Assembly (NCBI GenBank): GCA_028867025.1
Contig: JAGWHC010000001.1
Coordinates: 275,198 to 339,197, forward strand
DNA length: 64,000 bases
Direction of reading: 5' to 3'
Source: Candidatus Micrarchaeota archaeon
Lineage (GTDB): Archaea > Micrarchaeota > Micrarchaeia > Micrarchaeales > CABMGC01
This document shows positions 18,392-27,344 of the stretch, in pieces (within the stretch, counting starts at the first letter, position 1; each line of letters starts with the position of its first letter). The notes under the pieces were generated by a model. The model had not been told where the DNA came from and searched no databases. It worked only from the letters and a program-made list of their open reading frames with translations. A program made the translations under genes and the position numbers.

Positions 18392-19177
18392 TTAGGCCCT
18401 CTTGGGCGCCAGCTCAGGCATAAGCTCGTCAAGACGATACGCACGGTATGCCAGCTGGTTGACCCCGAACGGATCCCTGAGCGCGTTCTTCTCGGCCAGC
18501 TTGCCTGGCAAGCCGAACGTAACTCCGTAAGGGTCCGCTTTGTAGGCGTCAAACGCTTTCTTCTCGAATCCCTTCTCCTCTATTTCAGCCAGGTTAGGAG
18601 GGTTGTTTACGCCCTTGTACTCAAAATCTCTTGGATTCAGCATCTTCGTGGGAAGTGATTCCGCGTTGAACCTTAGTCTGGGCTCCTTGAAGGTCCATCC
18701 ATATTCGTATACCTTGTCAGGCATGTGGCCCGTGAGCACGTTGAATAATGCTATGGAATAAGCCACGTTTCGGAGAGAGTCCACGGCGAATATCTCTGCG
18801 ACACCGTTCTCGATTATCTCAGGCTTGCGCACCTCAGCGATCTGCAGGTACGATTGGCCTTCGGATCTGAAGCCGGCCGCCTTCCTGGTGAACCCGCCAC
18901 TTGGCATGAAGAGGTTTGACTTGTCCCTCAGTGCCCCCTCAATGCCCGCGTCTATGTGTTCCACATAGAATTTCGGGTCATCCAAAGCGCCTGACCAAGA
19001 CTTGTTCTCCAGCGGTTGCGCCGGATCCACGCAGATTCCATGTCCGGGAACGATGAATAGGTTCCTGTACTGCGAGAAGTCCTTCACCTGCGTTGTCCCA
19101 ACAATCGTGGAGCCCAACATAACTTTTGTCTGTCCGCCAACTTGTTTTTCGACTGCCGACATGTTATTCACAGGCAT
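18392..19177 (-). CDS. DUF218/Yor238w-like protein, paralogue 2
   Basis: LFIVPGHGI, PSGGFTR, SEGQSY, FAVDSLRNVAYS, GWTFKEPR and LRDPF; colinear with paralogue 1. Confidence 0.62.
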   Translation of the reverse strand: MPVNNMSAVEKQVGGQTKVMLGSTIVGTTQVKDFSQYRNLFIVPGHGICVDPAQPLENKSWSGALDDPKFYVEHIDAGIEGALRDKSNLFMPSGGFTRKAAGFRSEGQSYLQIAEVRKPEIIENGVAEIFAVDSLRNVAYSIALFNVLTGHMPDKVYEYGWTFKEPRLRFNAESLPTKMLNPRDFEYKGVNNPPNLAEIEEKGFEKKAFDAYKADPYGVTFGLPGKLAEKNALRDPFGVNQLAYRAYRLDELMPELAPKRA

Positions 19178-19370
19178 ATTTCTCTTGGCCTGTATATATG
19201 TCTAGGCGATATAGCATATATATTGGTATATTAGTATATATCTGCCTCGAGAATGCGCGCGTCTGTAAGCCGTTTTTCATGCCGAGAGCGTCATTTTTGG
19301 CACAGTTTCAGCGCTTGAACCGAATCGCATATGCGTATGGCATAAGGTATATATAGGGAAAAGGCAACAT

Positions 19371-20357
19371 ATGTGCATGGAGAAAAAACTCTTCAAATTC
19401 GGCAGGAGCAGCTATGCGATAGTGCTGCCGAAGTCCTGGGTCAGCAAGAGCGGACTGAGCAAGAGCGGCCAGGTATTCATGAATGAAGACGAGAACGGCA
19501 ACATAGTGCTAGGCACCAAGAGGACCGGGACGACTGAGTTCGAGGAGGTCGTGAGCAAGGAAACCTACACCTTCCTATGGCGTCTCATAGGCTTCCACTA
19601 CATGTACGGCACCACCAGGCTGCGAGTCTACTCGAAGGATGGCTTCACAAGCAGGCAGATAGGCGCTGTGGAGGACAACGTGCGCAGGTACTATATGGGC
19701 TACGAGATAACCAGCCAATCAGCCAACGACCTTGTCATAGAGGACGTGATGAACATCAAGGACATGTCAATGGACAAGATACTAGCCAAGATCTCTTTTC
19801 TGGTGAAGGAGGAGTTCAAGGACCTGCTCGGCGGCAACTATGGGAAGAGCATGATGCTGCCGAAGAAGGAGATTCTTACAGACGAGCTTTTCGCAAGGCA
19901 GAGCGCCAGGGCGGGAAAGATAAAGGCTGGGGGCAAGTACACCACGATAGACAGCATGGAGGAGCTTGTGAACAGGTTCTACCTGCTGGGCATAAGGTAC
20001 CTAAACATAGTCAAGCCGGGCAACACCTACCTGTACCTCAGGCCTCTCCAGTTGATGGAGGACTCCGGAGACCAGATCTCCAGGCTTTCGACCATGAACG
20101 TAGAGAAGGCACATGCTGTGATAGGCGACATAGCGACGCTGTTCAACGATAGCGTAGAGGCGATGACAGGAAAGAGGGAGAAGATAGACGCCGTTTTCCA
20201 GCTCACCGAGGCGATAATGAAGAAGATGGAAAAGCTGAAGGAGGAGAGGCACCTGTACGAGGTGCTCTACGACCTCACCTGGGACATAGCGGTGATTGCG
20301 GAGGCAGGCCTGATAAGGGAGAAGCTGGGCGAGAAGACTGGGCTTGAAACTAGCTGA
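19371..20357 (+). CDS. AbrB-domain / PhoU-like phosphate-uptake regulator (archaeal type)
   Basis: N-terminal KLFKFGRSSYAIVLPKSWV (AbrB/SpoVT); GFHYMYG; EELVNRFY and MEDSGD resemble PhoU repeats. Confidence 0.8.
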   Translation: MCMEKKLFKFGRSSYAIVLPKSWVSKSGLSKSGQVFMNEDENGNIVLGTKRTGTTEFEEVVSKETYTFLWRLIGFHYMYGTTRLRVYSKDGFTSRQIGAVEDNVRRYYMGYEITSQSANDLVIEDVMNIKDMSMDKILAKISFLVKEEFKDLLGGNYGKSMMLPKKEILTDELFARQSARAGKIKAGGKYTTIDSMEELVNRFYLLGIRYLNIVKPGNTYLYLRPLQLMEDSGDQISRLSTMNVEKAHAVIGDIATLFNDSVEAMTGKREKIDAVFQLTEAIMKKMEKLKEERHLYEVLYDLTWDIAVIAEAGLIREKLGEKTGLETS

Positions 20358-20371
20358 TTCGGCCTAGCATA

Positions 20372-20387
20372 TATGGTATATACCATA
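20372..20387. promoter_or_regulatory. Perfect 16-bp palindrome TATGGTATATACCATA, candidate operator
   Basis: Read directly; lies between the PhoU-like gene and the epimerase gene. Confidence 0.45.
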
Positions 20388-20484
20388 CCCTAATATACGT
20401 GCAAATTGCATAAGATGATTGTACATTCTGAGACCCCTTCAATAAGGGGCAAGGATTGGTGGGTGGGGAAAACAGGTAAGATGA

Positions 20485-21408
20485 ATGAAGGGTAAGCGAG
20501 TCATAATCACTGGCGGGGCCGGATTCGTAGGCAGCAATCTAGTGGAGGTGCTGTCGAAGAACAATATGGTGCTGGTGCTGGACAACATGCACACAGGCAA
20601 CGTGATCAACCTTAACGGTATGCTGGGCACAGAAAATGTAAAACTTGTGGAGCTTGACTCCAGCGAGATAGACAAATGCGGGTTCACTCCTGATGTCATA
20701 TTTCATTTGGGCATGTATTCGTCAACTCCGATGTACAAGGAGAACAGGAACCTTGTGCCCCAGGTGATAGATGGCGCTACGCAGGTGCTGGAGTACGCGA
20801 AGAAAACAAACGCCAAGGTCGTAATCGCCTCATCCTCATCCATATACAACGGCCATCCAACCCCGCAGCATGAGGGGATGGTGCCAAAAGTAACTGATTT
20901 CTATACAGAAGCTAGGCTGGGAGTCGAGAGGCTTGCGGAACTATACGGCAAGATGTACGGAGTCAACTCCACCTGCATGAGGTTCTTCTCCATATATGGA
21001 CCTAGAGAGAAGAGCAAGGGCAGGTTCGCCAACCTCATTTCGCAGTTCATCTGGGACCTGCAGGATGGCAAGAACCCCGAAGTGTACGGGGACGGATCGC
21101 AGAGCAGGGATTTCATCTACGTAAAGGACGTCGTTGATGCGCTTGTCACAGCCGCAGAATCAAACAAGACCGGGATATACAATGTAGGTACAGGAAAGAG
21201 CTACACAATAAACGAGATGCTGCAGAAGCTCGGGGAGCAGATGGGCAGGGAGGTCAGGCCAAAGTACATAGCGACGCCCTTCAGCAACTATGTGATGCAC
21301 ACCTGCGCCGACATGACCAAGACGAAGAATGAGCTGGGCTTCGTTGCGAAGCACTCACTCGACGAAGGCATAAAACTTACAATAGAGCATAACCTTAAGG
21401 AGAAATGA
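20485..21408 (+). CDS. NAD-dependent nucleotide-sugar epimerase/dehydratase (extended SDR)
   Basis: ITGGAGFVGS, ASSSSIY, YTEAR (YxxxK with K->R), RFFSIYGP and YGDGSQSRDFIYVKD. Confidence 0.92.
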   Translation: MKGKRVIITGGAGFVGSNLVEVLSKNNMVLVLDNMHTGNVINLNGMLGTENVKLVELDSSEIDKCGFTPDVIFHLGMYSSTPMYKENRNLVPQVIDGATQVLEYAKKTNAKVVIASSSSIYNGHPTPQHEGMVPKVTDFYTEARLGVERLAELYGKMYGVNSTCMRFFSIYGPREKSKGRFANLISQFIWDLQDGKNPEVYGDGSQSRDFIYVKDVVDALVTAAESNKTGIYNVGTGKSYTINEMLQKLGEQMGREVRPKYIATPFSNYVMHTCADMTKTKNELGFVAKHSLDEGIKLTIEHNLKEK

Positions 21409-21782
21409 ATCGAGCAATAAAATCGGGGCGATTTCTTATACCAAGCAAGAAGATTACAGATGTTAGGCCATGGGGTGGTTTCGAGCAGTTCGTGAATAAT
21501 GAAAAGTGTAGCGTGAAGCTTCTTTACATAAAGAAAGGTAAGCGGTTGAGTTATCAGTATCATAATCACAGATCAGAAGTTTGGCACGTGGTTTCCGGCA
21601 GGGTGCTGATGACCATAAATGGCAAGAATCTGCTTTTAGGGAAAGGTGGAGAGGCAGTCATACCTGTGAAAGCCAAACACAGAGGCAAGGGTTTAGCCGA
21701 CGCAGTGATTCTTGAGATAGATTATGGCAAATTCGATGAGGACGACATAGTGAGACTGCAGGATGATTTCAACAGGAAGTAG
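21405..21782 (+). CDS. Mannose-6-phosphate isomerase type II C-terminal cupin
   Basis: RPWG, RLSYQYH.HRSE.W.VVSG, KHR and EDDIVRLQDDF.R. Confidence 0.9.
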   Translation: MNRAIKSGRFLIPSKKITDVRPWGGFEQFVNNEKCSVKLLYIKKGKRLSYQYHNHRSEVWHVVSGRVLMTINGKNLLLGKGGEAVIPVKAKHRGKGLADAVILEIDYGKFDEDDIVRLQDDFNRK

Positions 21783-22697
21783 TCAACCGACAAAAGTGAG
21801 CCAGTCGCTGAACTCTTCGTTCTTGCCCAGCACCACTTCATCATATGCTTCCATGAGCATCTTTGTTATGGGTCCTATTTTACCATCTCCTATCTTTTTC
21901 GAGTCTATTTCGATTATCGGAGTTATTTCCGCTGCCGTGCCAGAGAAGAACGCCTCATCGCTCGTGTACATCTCCTCGCGGTGTATCTTGCGCTCCTCTA
22001 CCTCGAGTCCCTTCGCTTCTGCTATTTTCATTATGCTGTCGCGGGTTATGCCCAGAAGTATGTCTGAGTCCTTGGAAGGTGTCACTAGCCTCCCCTTCTG
22101 CACGAAGAAGATGTTTTCTCCGGGGCCCTCGGCAACGTCCCCGTTTATGGAAAGTAATATGGCCTCATCGGCGCCCTCCTTCTTTGCTTCCAAGGAAGCG
22201 ATCACTGAGTTGAGGTAGTTGCCACTGCCCTTCGCCTCCGGCGGGAGTATCGTAGTGTGTATCCTCTGCCACGAGGACACCCTGCATTTTATCCCATTGT
22301 TCTTGTTCGCGAAATAATTGCCGAAAGGTATAGCGGCCACTATTATGCTTATGGCTGCATCTACTGGCGTCACGCCCAGCTTCGTGGTCCTGTAGAAGCC
22401 GAACGGTCTGATGTAGCATTCCTGCAGCTTGTTCTTCCTTACCGTGTCTACTATAGCATCGTGGATCTGCTTCTGCGTGTATCCTGGATTTATTCCGTAT
22501 ATCTTCGCGCTCTTGAAGAACCTATCAACGTGATCATCCAACCTGAAGATCGCCGCGCCCTTATCGGTTTTGTAGGCCCTTATTCCCTCGAAAAAACCGC
22601 TGCCGTACTGCAGCGAGTGCGTGAGCACATGCACCTTCGCATCCGAGAAAGGAACGAACTTGCCATCAAACCAGATATACTCTGCGTTTGCCTGCAT
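21783..22697 (-). CDS. ilvE: Branched-chain amino acid aminotransferase (PLP fold IV)
   Basis: IWFDGKFV, HSLQYG.GFFEGIRAY, YIRP, AK..GNY, EGPGENIF, LLGITR and FFSGTAAEITPI. An alternative TTG start at 22736 is possible. Confidence 0.95.
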   Translation of the reverse strand: MQANAEYIWFDGKFVPFSDAKVHVLTHSLQYGSGFFEGIRAYKTDKGAAIFRLDDHVDRFFKSAKIYGINPGYTQKQIHDAIVDTVRKNKLQECYIRPFGFYRTTKLGVTPVDAAISIIVAAIPFGNYFANKNNGIKCRVSSWQRIHTTILPPEAKGSGNYLNSVIASLEAKKEGADEAILLSINGDVAEGPGENIFFVQKGRLVTPSKDSDILLGITRDSIMKIAEAKGLEVEERKIHREEMYTSDEAFFSGTAAEITPIIEIDSKKIGDGKIGPITKMLMEAYDEVVLGKNEEFSDWLTFVG

Positions 22698-22732
22698 AGT
22701 AGCCTCTGGGGAAGCAAAATTAAAATATGCGC

Positions 22733-23086
22733 TCAAAATGCTGGGCCAAGCCCATAGCCGGAGAGCGGATTATTCCGCCCTCCAGCGCTCCCATCCTTCC
22801 GCGCTTCGTACATGAATGCGCGGAAAGCCTCCAGTCCACGTTCGGTCATCCTGAGAGGCTTCTGCTCTTCCCCCTTCTCTGTGAACTCCACCACACCCTT
22901 CTCCTTAAGTTTCTTCAGCGCATACCAGGCTCCGCTCCTCGATATCTCATAACGGTCGCACATGTACTCCACGAAGCTCGTCGCCGTAGAGCCCCAATCC
23001 ATGCCTATCTCGGCGAGCACCTGTGCCTCCTTACCGCTAAGACGCACGACCGCAATTGCATAGCTACTAGTTCGTCCCACTTGCAT
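22733..23086 (-). CDS. Winged-helix DNA-binding protein
   Basis: ISRSGAWYALKKLKEKGVVEF...LRMTERG. Confidence 0.75.
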   Translation of the reverse strand: MQVGRTSSYAIAVVRLSGKEAQVLAEIGMDWGSTATSFVEYMCDRYEISRSGAWYALKKLKEKGVVEFTEKGEEQKPLRMTERGLEAFRAFMYEARKDGSAGGRNNPLSGYGLGPAF

Positions 23087-23293
23087 AAGAGCACCAGAGA
23101 AAGACAGAAGGTTAGCCCTTACGCCGTGGGCTTGATGTTATTTACAAAGTAGCATGTCAGAGGCATGCCAGTGGCTATCCTTGAGAATGAGTCGTGCCAC
23201 TGCATTGTTCTCTCGCTGCTTTGCATACGAACACAGTATTTTATTTATGCGGGGTTCATGGTATTTAAATCTTTTGTGCTGAGACGTGCCGCT

Positions 23294-24145
23294 ATGGATC
23301 TGGGATTTACAGTGTCATTGCTGGTTCTGGTAGCCATCGCCGTAATGTACGCAGCGTTCGACCTCTTCAACAAGAGGAACGTTCCGGACATCTTCGCGTA
23401 TGCAAGCGTGGTCGTGGGCATCATAATAACGCTTGCCTTCCATCAGAGTGATCTGACGCTGAGCCTGGTAGTTGCTGCAGTGGTGGGCAGCATAGGATAC
23501 GTGATATACAGGCTGGGGCTCTGGGGTGCCGGAGACTACTTCGAACTCATGGCAATAAGCCTCGTCCTCCCGGTGCAGCCGGTGCCGACACTGACAAGCA
23601 CGGCCCAGCTCGGCCTGCCCTTCATATTATCGGTCTTTGTTGCCACCGGCTTCGCTGCGATATGGATTGTGCCGGTTTACTATCTGCTTTTTATCCACAG
23701 GCCGTGGAGGATGAAGCCTGACTTAAAGCACCTCAGCTACGGCTTCTCGCTCTTCCTGCTGTATGTCGCACTCTTCATGTTCATCTACTACTTCTACGGA
23801 TTTAGCGTCGACAGGATTGCGCTGATCATGCTGGTCGCCGTACCATCAGCGATAACACTGGTATTCGAGGAGGAGATAACGTCGCGAATGGTTTCCAAGA
23901 TATACCCAAGACAGCTTGACGAGGGCGATATCATCGCGTTCAACATGCTCAGCATGCGCGAGATCCGTTATTTCTCCAAATACAGGGGGTTTGGAAGACT
24001 TGCCACAAAGAAGCTGATAGGCAATATGAGGAACGTGAAGGCGAAGCTGCCCGTGTACAGGAACGCCGCGCCTCTGGCTGTCTTCATACTGATAGGAATG
24101 ATACTCTCGCTGCTCCTGGGGAACATTGTGCTGTTCATAGTTTAG
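23294..24145 (+). CDS. A24 family prepilin/prearchaellin peptidase-like protein
   Basis: FDL..KRNVPD and WGAGD aspartate motifs; multiple TM helices; C-terminal APLAVFILIG. Confidence 0.8.
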   Translation: MDLGFTVSLLVLVAIAVMYAAFDLFNKRNVPDIFAYASVVVGIIITLAFHQSDLTLSLVVAAVVGSIGYVIYRLGLWGAGDYFELMAISLVLPVQPVPTLTSTAQLGLPFILSVFVATGFAAIWIVPVYYLLFIHRPWRMKPDLKHLSYGFSLFLLYVALFMFIYYFYGFSVDRIALIMLVAVPSAITLVFEEEITSRMVSKIYPRQLDEGDIIAFNMLSMREIRYFSKYRGFGRLATKKLIGNMRNVKAKLPVYRNAAPLAVFILIGMILSLLLGNIVLFIV

Positions 24146-24151
24146 CTGGTG

Positions 24152-25027
24152 TTAGTAGACGAGGTCGAGCAGTTCGTCCTCAGATCTTACCCCTTCTATT
24201 TCCTTCTTGCCCAAGATTGGCACGCCTAGCATCTTGCCCTTCTTTCTAATGCTAAGGAAAAATGGATAGTTGTTCTCGAATGTTTCCCTGATGGCGCTGA
24301 AGAAAGCTGCACGCTTTGCGAGTGTGCGAAAATTGGCATCGAAGCTTATCTCGAAATAGTTTCTGTCCTTAGCCACTATGTCGAATGGGGCGCTATGCAG
24401 CTCCAGAGCCTGCATGCCTGTCCTTTCGAACTTCTCGGCCTTCAGCCGCAGCGCGAAACCGCGGGGCAGCTCCGACTCTATCCCTATCCTGCTGTTCAGC
24501 ACCTTCTCGATTTTCTGGATTGTGCTGATCGCCGCATAGTTGGGCTCCTCCTCGTGTTTGTATAGTGTTGATTTTGAAAGACCTGTCTGCCTTGCGAGTT
24601 CTGTCACTTGCATGTTGCTTATTTTTCTCAGGTTCCTGAGGCGCACGTTGTCTATTGGCGCCTTTATGCCGAATGACCTTGATGCCAGAAGCTTTGCTTC
24701 CCCGTGTATCAGGTTTGGAAGGGTTTCGGGGGAGATGCACCTTACCTCAAACCTGTAATGGCTCACGTTTTCCTTCAGTTTCCTTGAGCCCGCAACCGAG
24801 CCCAGGATTATGGGTTCGGCGTCAAGGAACCTCGCCAGTCTGAAAAGCGCATTGGCTTCCTGCCTGGTAACTGAATCTATGTCCTGGGCCACTTTAATTA
24901 TGAATTTCTGGCCCTGCCTGGCGGCTATCACATCTACAAGCGTGTGCATGTTGCTTGCTGTCACGGTGGCGAAGCCGCTGGCCTCTAGTTCGCGCTCTGC
25001 TGTTTTCGCTATGCTGCCTTTCTTCAT
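24152..25027 (-). CDS. Archaeal HTH transcriptional regulator with nuclease-like N-domain (COG1395-like)
   Basis: DVIAAR...IIKV..DIDS; cro/C1 HTH LRNLR...ELARQTGLSKSTLYKHE; APFDIVA. Confidence 0.8.
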   Translation of the reverse strand: MKKGSIAKTAERELEASGFATVTASNMHTLVDVIAARQGQKFIIKVAQDIDSVTRQEANALFRLARFLDAEPIILGSVAGSRKLKENVSHYRFEVRCISPETLPNLIHGEAKLLASRSFGIKAPIDNVRLRNLRKISNMQVTELARQTGLSKSTLYKHEEEPNYAAISTIQKIEKVLNSRIGIESELPRGFALRLKAEKFERTGMQALELHSAPFDIVAKDRNYFEISFDANFRTLAKRAAFFSAIRETFENNYPFFLSIRKKGKMLGVPILGKKEIEGVRSEDELLDLVY

Positions 25028-25109
25028 GAGCGCATATTGGTGCTAAAGGCTTTTATCATATGCCGTGGTGGCGGCACTGGGATGCGCCGCCTACCAAAGA
25101 TTTCGGTAC

Positions 25110-25310
25110 TTACGCCGTCGCCTGCTCCTGCAGTACTGTCAGTACTTCATCCGGGTTGATGTACTTCCTCTCGGGTAGCCTTGCCACCCACGCCTTGTCC
25201 TCGTCAGTTATTTCGGACATGTTGGTGCACTGTGCCTGTATCTCCTTCTTTGTTGCCGGATACTCCAGATGTTTCCGGATGTGCTCTTCCACTGATTTCG
25301 GTATTCCCAT
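25110..25310 (-). CDS. DUF2795-like small protein
   Basis: LEYPATKKEI...RLPERKY.NPDEV. Confidence 0.7.
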   Translation of the reverse strand: MGIPKSVEEHIRKHLEYPATKKEIQAQCTNMSEITDEDKAWVARLPERKYINPDEVLTVLQEQATA

Positions 25311-25402
25311 CCTACCACCCGCACCAACTTGGAATCGTCTGATATATATTGGTAGCCAAAAAGTAAGGTTTTAACGAAGCAATTTGCGCTTTTGCCATAT
25401 CA

Positions 25403-25762
25403 CTAGTCTGTGTGGTTTGGCAGGTCGTCGAATTTCTTAGGAAGCCTGCCCCTGGCCATCATCTCCTCTGTGTGTATCGCCCCCGCTATGTTCCACATTG
25501 CCTGGGCGAGATGGTCCTCGTCGCGCTTGCCCTCTATGTGTTGGTTTATGTGTCGCAGCGCAGAATCAAGGAACCTCGATATGGGCATGCCCTTCTCCCA
25601 GTTTCGCTCCCCGTACTTCAGTGCTCCCTTCTCGTATATGAACGCAAGCCTGCGCAGTGCGGTATTCGGTATGAGATCATACCTGCCCTTGCCATCGCGC
25701 GAATCCCGCTGGGCCCCTGAATCAAAAACCTGCTTCTTCCCCGAATCCTTAAGATCGGCCAT
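25403..25762 (-). CDS. dATP/dGTP diphosphohydrolase domain protein (DUF5664-like)
   Basis: SGAQRD..DGKGRYDLIP, GALKYGERNWEKG, SALRH and EDHLA...WN. Confidence 0.8.
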   Translation of the reverse strand: MADLKDSGKKQVFDSGAQRDSRDGKGRYDLIPNTALRRLAFIYEKGALKYGERNWEKGMPISRFLDSALRHINQHIEGKRDEDHLAQAMWNIAGAIHTEEMMARGRLPKKFDDLPNHTD

Positions 25763-25801
25763 TTAACCCCCAAAGAAAGATTAAGTCAGAAAATATATAG
25801 C

Positions 25802-25876
25802 TGCTCCCACCGGGATTTGAACCCGGGTTACGGGGTTGAAAGCCCTGTGTCCTTGGCCGGACTAGACGATGGGAGC
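25802..25876 (-). tRNA. tRNA-Glu(TTC)
   Basis: Acceptor GCTCCCA/TGGGAGC plus A; loop CT-TTC-AA; T-arm CCGGG-TTCAAAT-CCCGG; A28.C42 mismatch. Confidence 0.92.
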
Positions 25877-25908
25877 AGATGTTAGTGCGCTGTCGGCTTA
25901 TTTATTGC

Positions 25909-26511
25909 TTACCTTCTTTCCAAGAACCTGTCGACTATTTCCCGCGTTTCCCTGCTTGCGCCATCTATTCCGTTCTCACCATTGACTACCTTGAACCTGA
26001 ACCTCTTTGCCAGATTGAGATACGCTTTCCTTACCTTGCTGAGCGTCTCCCTCTTTTCGAAAATCTCCCTTTGCTTGCCCCTCTTTTCTATCCTCGAGAT
26101 AGAAAGGTCAGGGCTCACGTCCACAAATATAGTGAGGTCAGGCATTCGGAATTCGCGGTTCACATTGTATAGCCAGTGCGTATCCACGCCTGATGCAAAG
26201 CCGTAGGCGAGTGTCGAGAACATGTACCTGTCGCACACGACTATCTTGCCCTGCTCCAGAGCCGGAAGTATGACATCTTCAAGGTGCCTTGCGCGGTCTG
26301 CACAGAACAGAAGCTGTATGGACTTGTAGGAAGCGCCGCCGTTCTTTTTCAGCACCTCCTTTATCACGCTACCTATCAATCCGGTTGTTGGCTCCTTTGT
26401 CAAAAGCGTCTTGTACCCTTTCTTTCTCAGGTATGCCTCGAGGAGAGACGACTGGGTTGTAACTCCTGCACCATCCAACCCCTCAAACACTATGAACAGG
26501 CCCTTTGCCAT
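25909..26511 (-). CDS. tmk: Thymidylate kinase
   Basis: FIVFEGLDGAG.TTQ, TKEPT, LLF.ADR..H and VVCDRY.FS..AYG. The P-loop Lys appears replaced (GAGVTT). Confidence 0.9.
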   Translation of the reverse strand: MAKGLFIVFEGLDGAGVTTQSSLLEAYLRKKGYKTLLTKEPTTGLIGSVIKEVLKKNGGASYKSIQLLFCADRARHLEDVILPALEQGKIVVCDRYMFSTLAYGFASGVDTHWLYNVNREFRMPDLTIFVDVSPDLSISRIEKRGKQREIFEKRETLSKVRKAYLNLAKRFRFKVVNGENGIDGASRETREIVDRFLERR

Positions 26512-26673
26512 ACATTCCCCCGATTCCTATAACGAACACTTCTGTGAGCTTATTTATAAATGTACACAATAAATCTGACACTTGCTTGCGCATGTTTTAC
26601 GCGCAGAAAAAATGCGCACAGCAAATAGTAAAAAGCCGCCGCCTCAATTATTCTGGACTCTTCTTGGGGTTTC

Positions 26674-27318
26674 ATGAGAGGTATTCTGATTGCTGTAGAA
26701 GGTGCCGATGGAGTAGGCAAACACACGCAGGTGACAATGCTTAACGAACGCCTGAAGGACGAAGGATACAGCACAAAACTTTACTCCTTCCCTGATTATG
26801 AATCTGATTTTGGGAGAATTCTCAAGAGGAATCTGGTGGGGGTGAAGGTTGTGAACAACAAGACTTCTTTTCTCACATATTTGGCTGATATGACTGAAAA
26901 GGCTGGAAAAATAGAAATGGACGTGGAAGCGGGGAATGCTGTTGTACTGGATAGGTACCTTTTCAGCACAGTCGCATATGGCACCACTTTCGGATTTGAT
27001 TACGAAGACGCAAAGATGGTGGAGCGCATTTTTGCGCTGCCGCAACCAGATGTTGTTTTGTATATAGATATGCCTGTCGAAACCTCGATGGTTTGGAAGA
27101 ATGCACAAAGGTCTTTGGAGAAGGAGGACGCTGACAGATATGAGAGAAACAGGGCGGTACAGGAGAAAGTGAGGGCTATCTATGAAAAGCTCATGGAAGA
27201 AAGTTTCATGGCGAGCAGGTGGGTAAAGATAGACGGAGGTAAAAGCAAAGAGGAGGTTCACGAGGCGATAATGAAGGCGGTGATTCCTGTTTTTGTTGAG
27301 AACAGAGTCAAATGTTGA
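26674..27318 (+). CDS. tmk: Second thymidylate-kinase-family dNMP kinase
   Basis: LIAVEGADGVGKHTQ, SFPDY, VLDRYLFSTVAY and LPQPDVVLYID. Confidence 0.85.
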   Translation: MRGILIAVEGADGVGKHTQVTMLNERLKDEGYSTKLYSFPDYESDFGRILKRNLVGVKVVNNKTSFLTYLADMTEKAGKIEMDVEAGNAVVLDRYLFSTVAYGTTFGFDYEDAKMVERIFALPQPDVVLYIDMPVETSMVWKNAQRSLEKEDADRYERNRAVQEKVRAIYEKLMEESFMASRWVKIDGGKSKEEVHEAIMKAVIPVFVENRVKC

Positions 27319-27344
27319 TTCTAATCTTCTGATTCTTCCAGAGT

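Noticed and set aside
24150-25876. Prophage or integrative element at tRNA-Glu
   Set aside because: No integrase or structural genes, and no duplicated tRNA 3' end seen by eye; only one phage-type gene.
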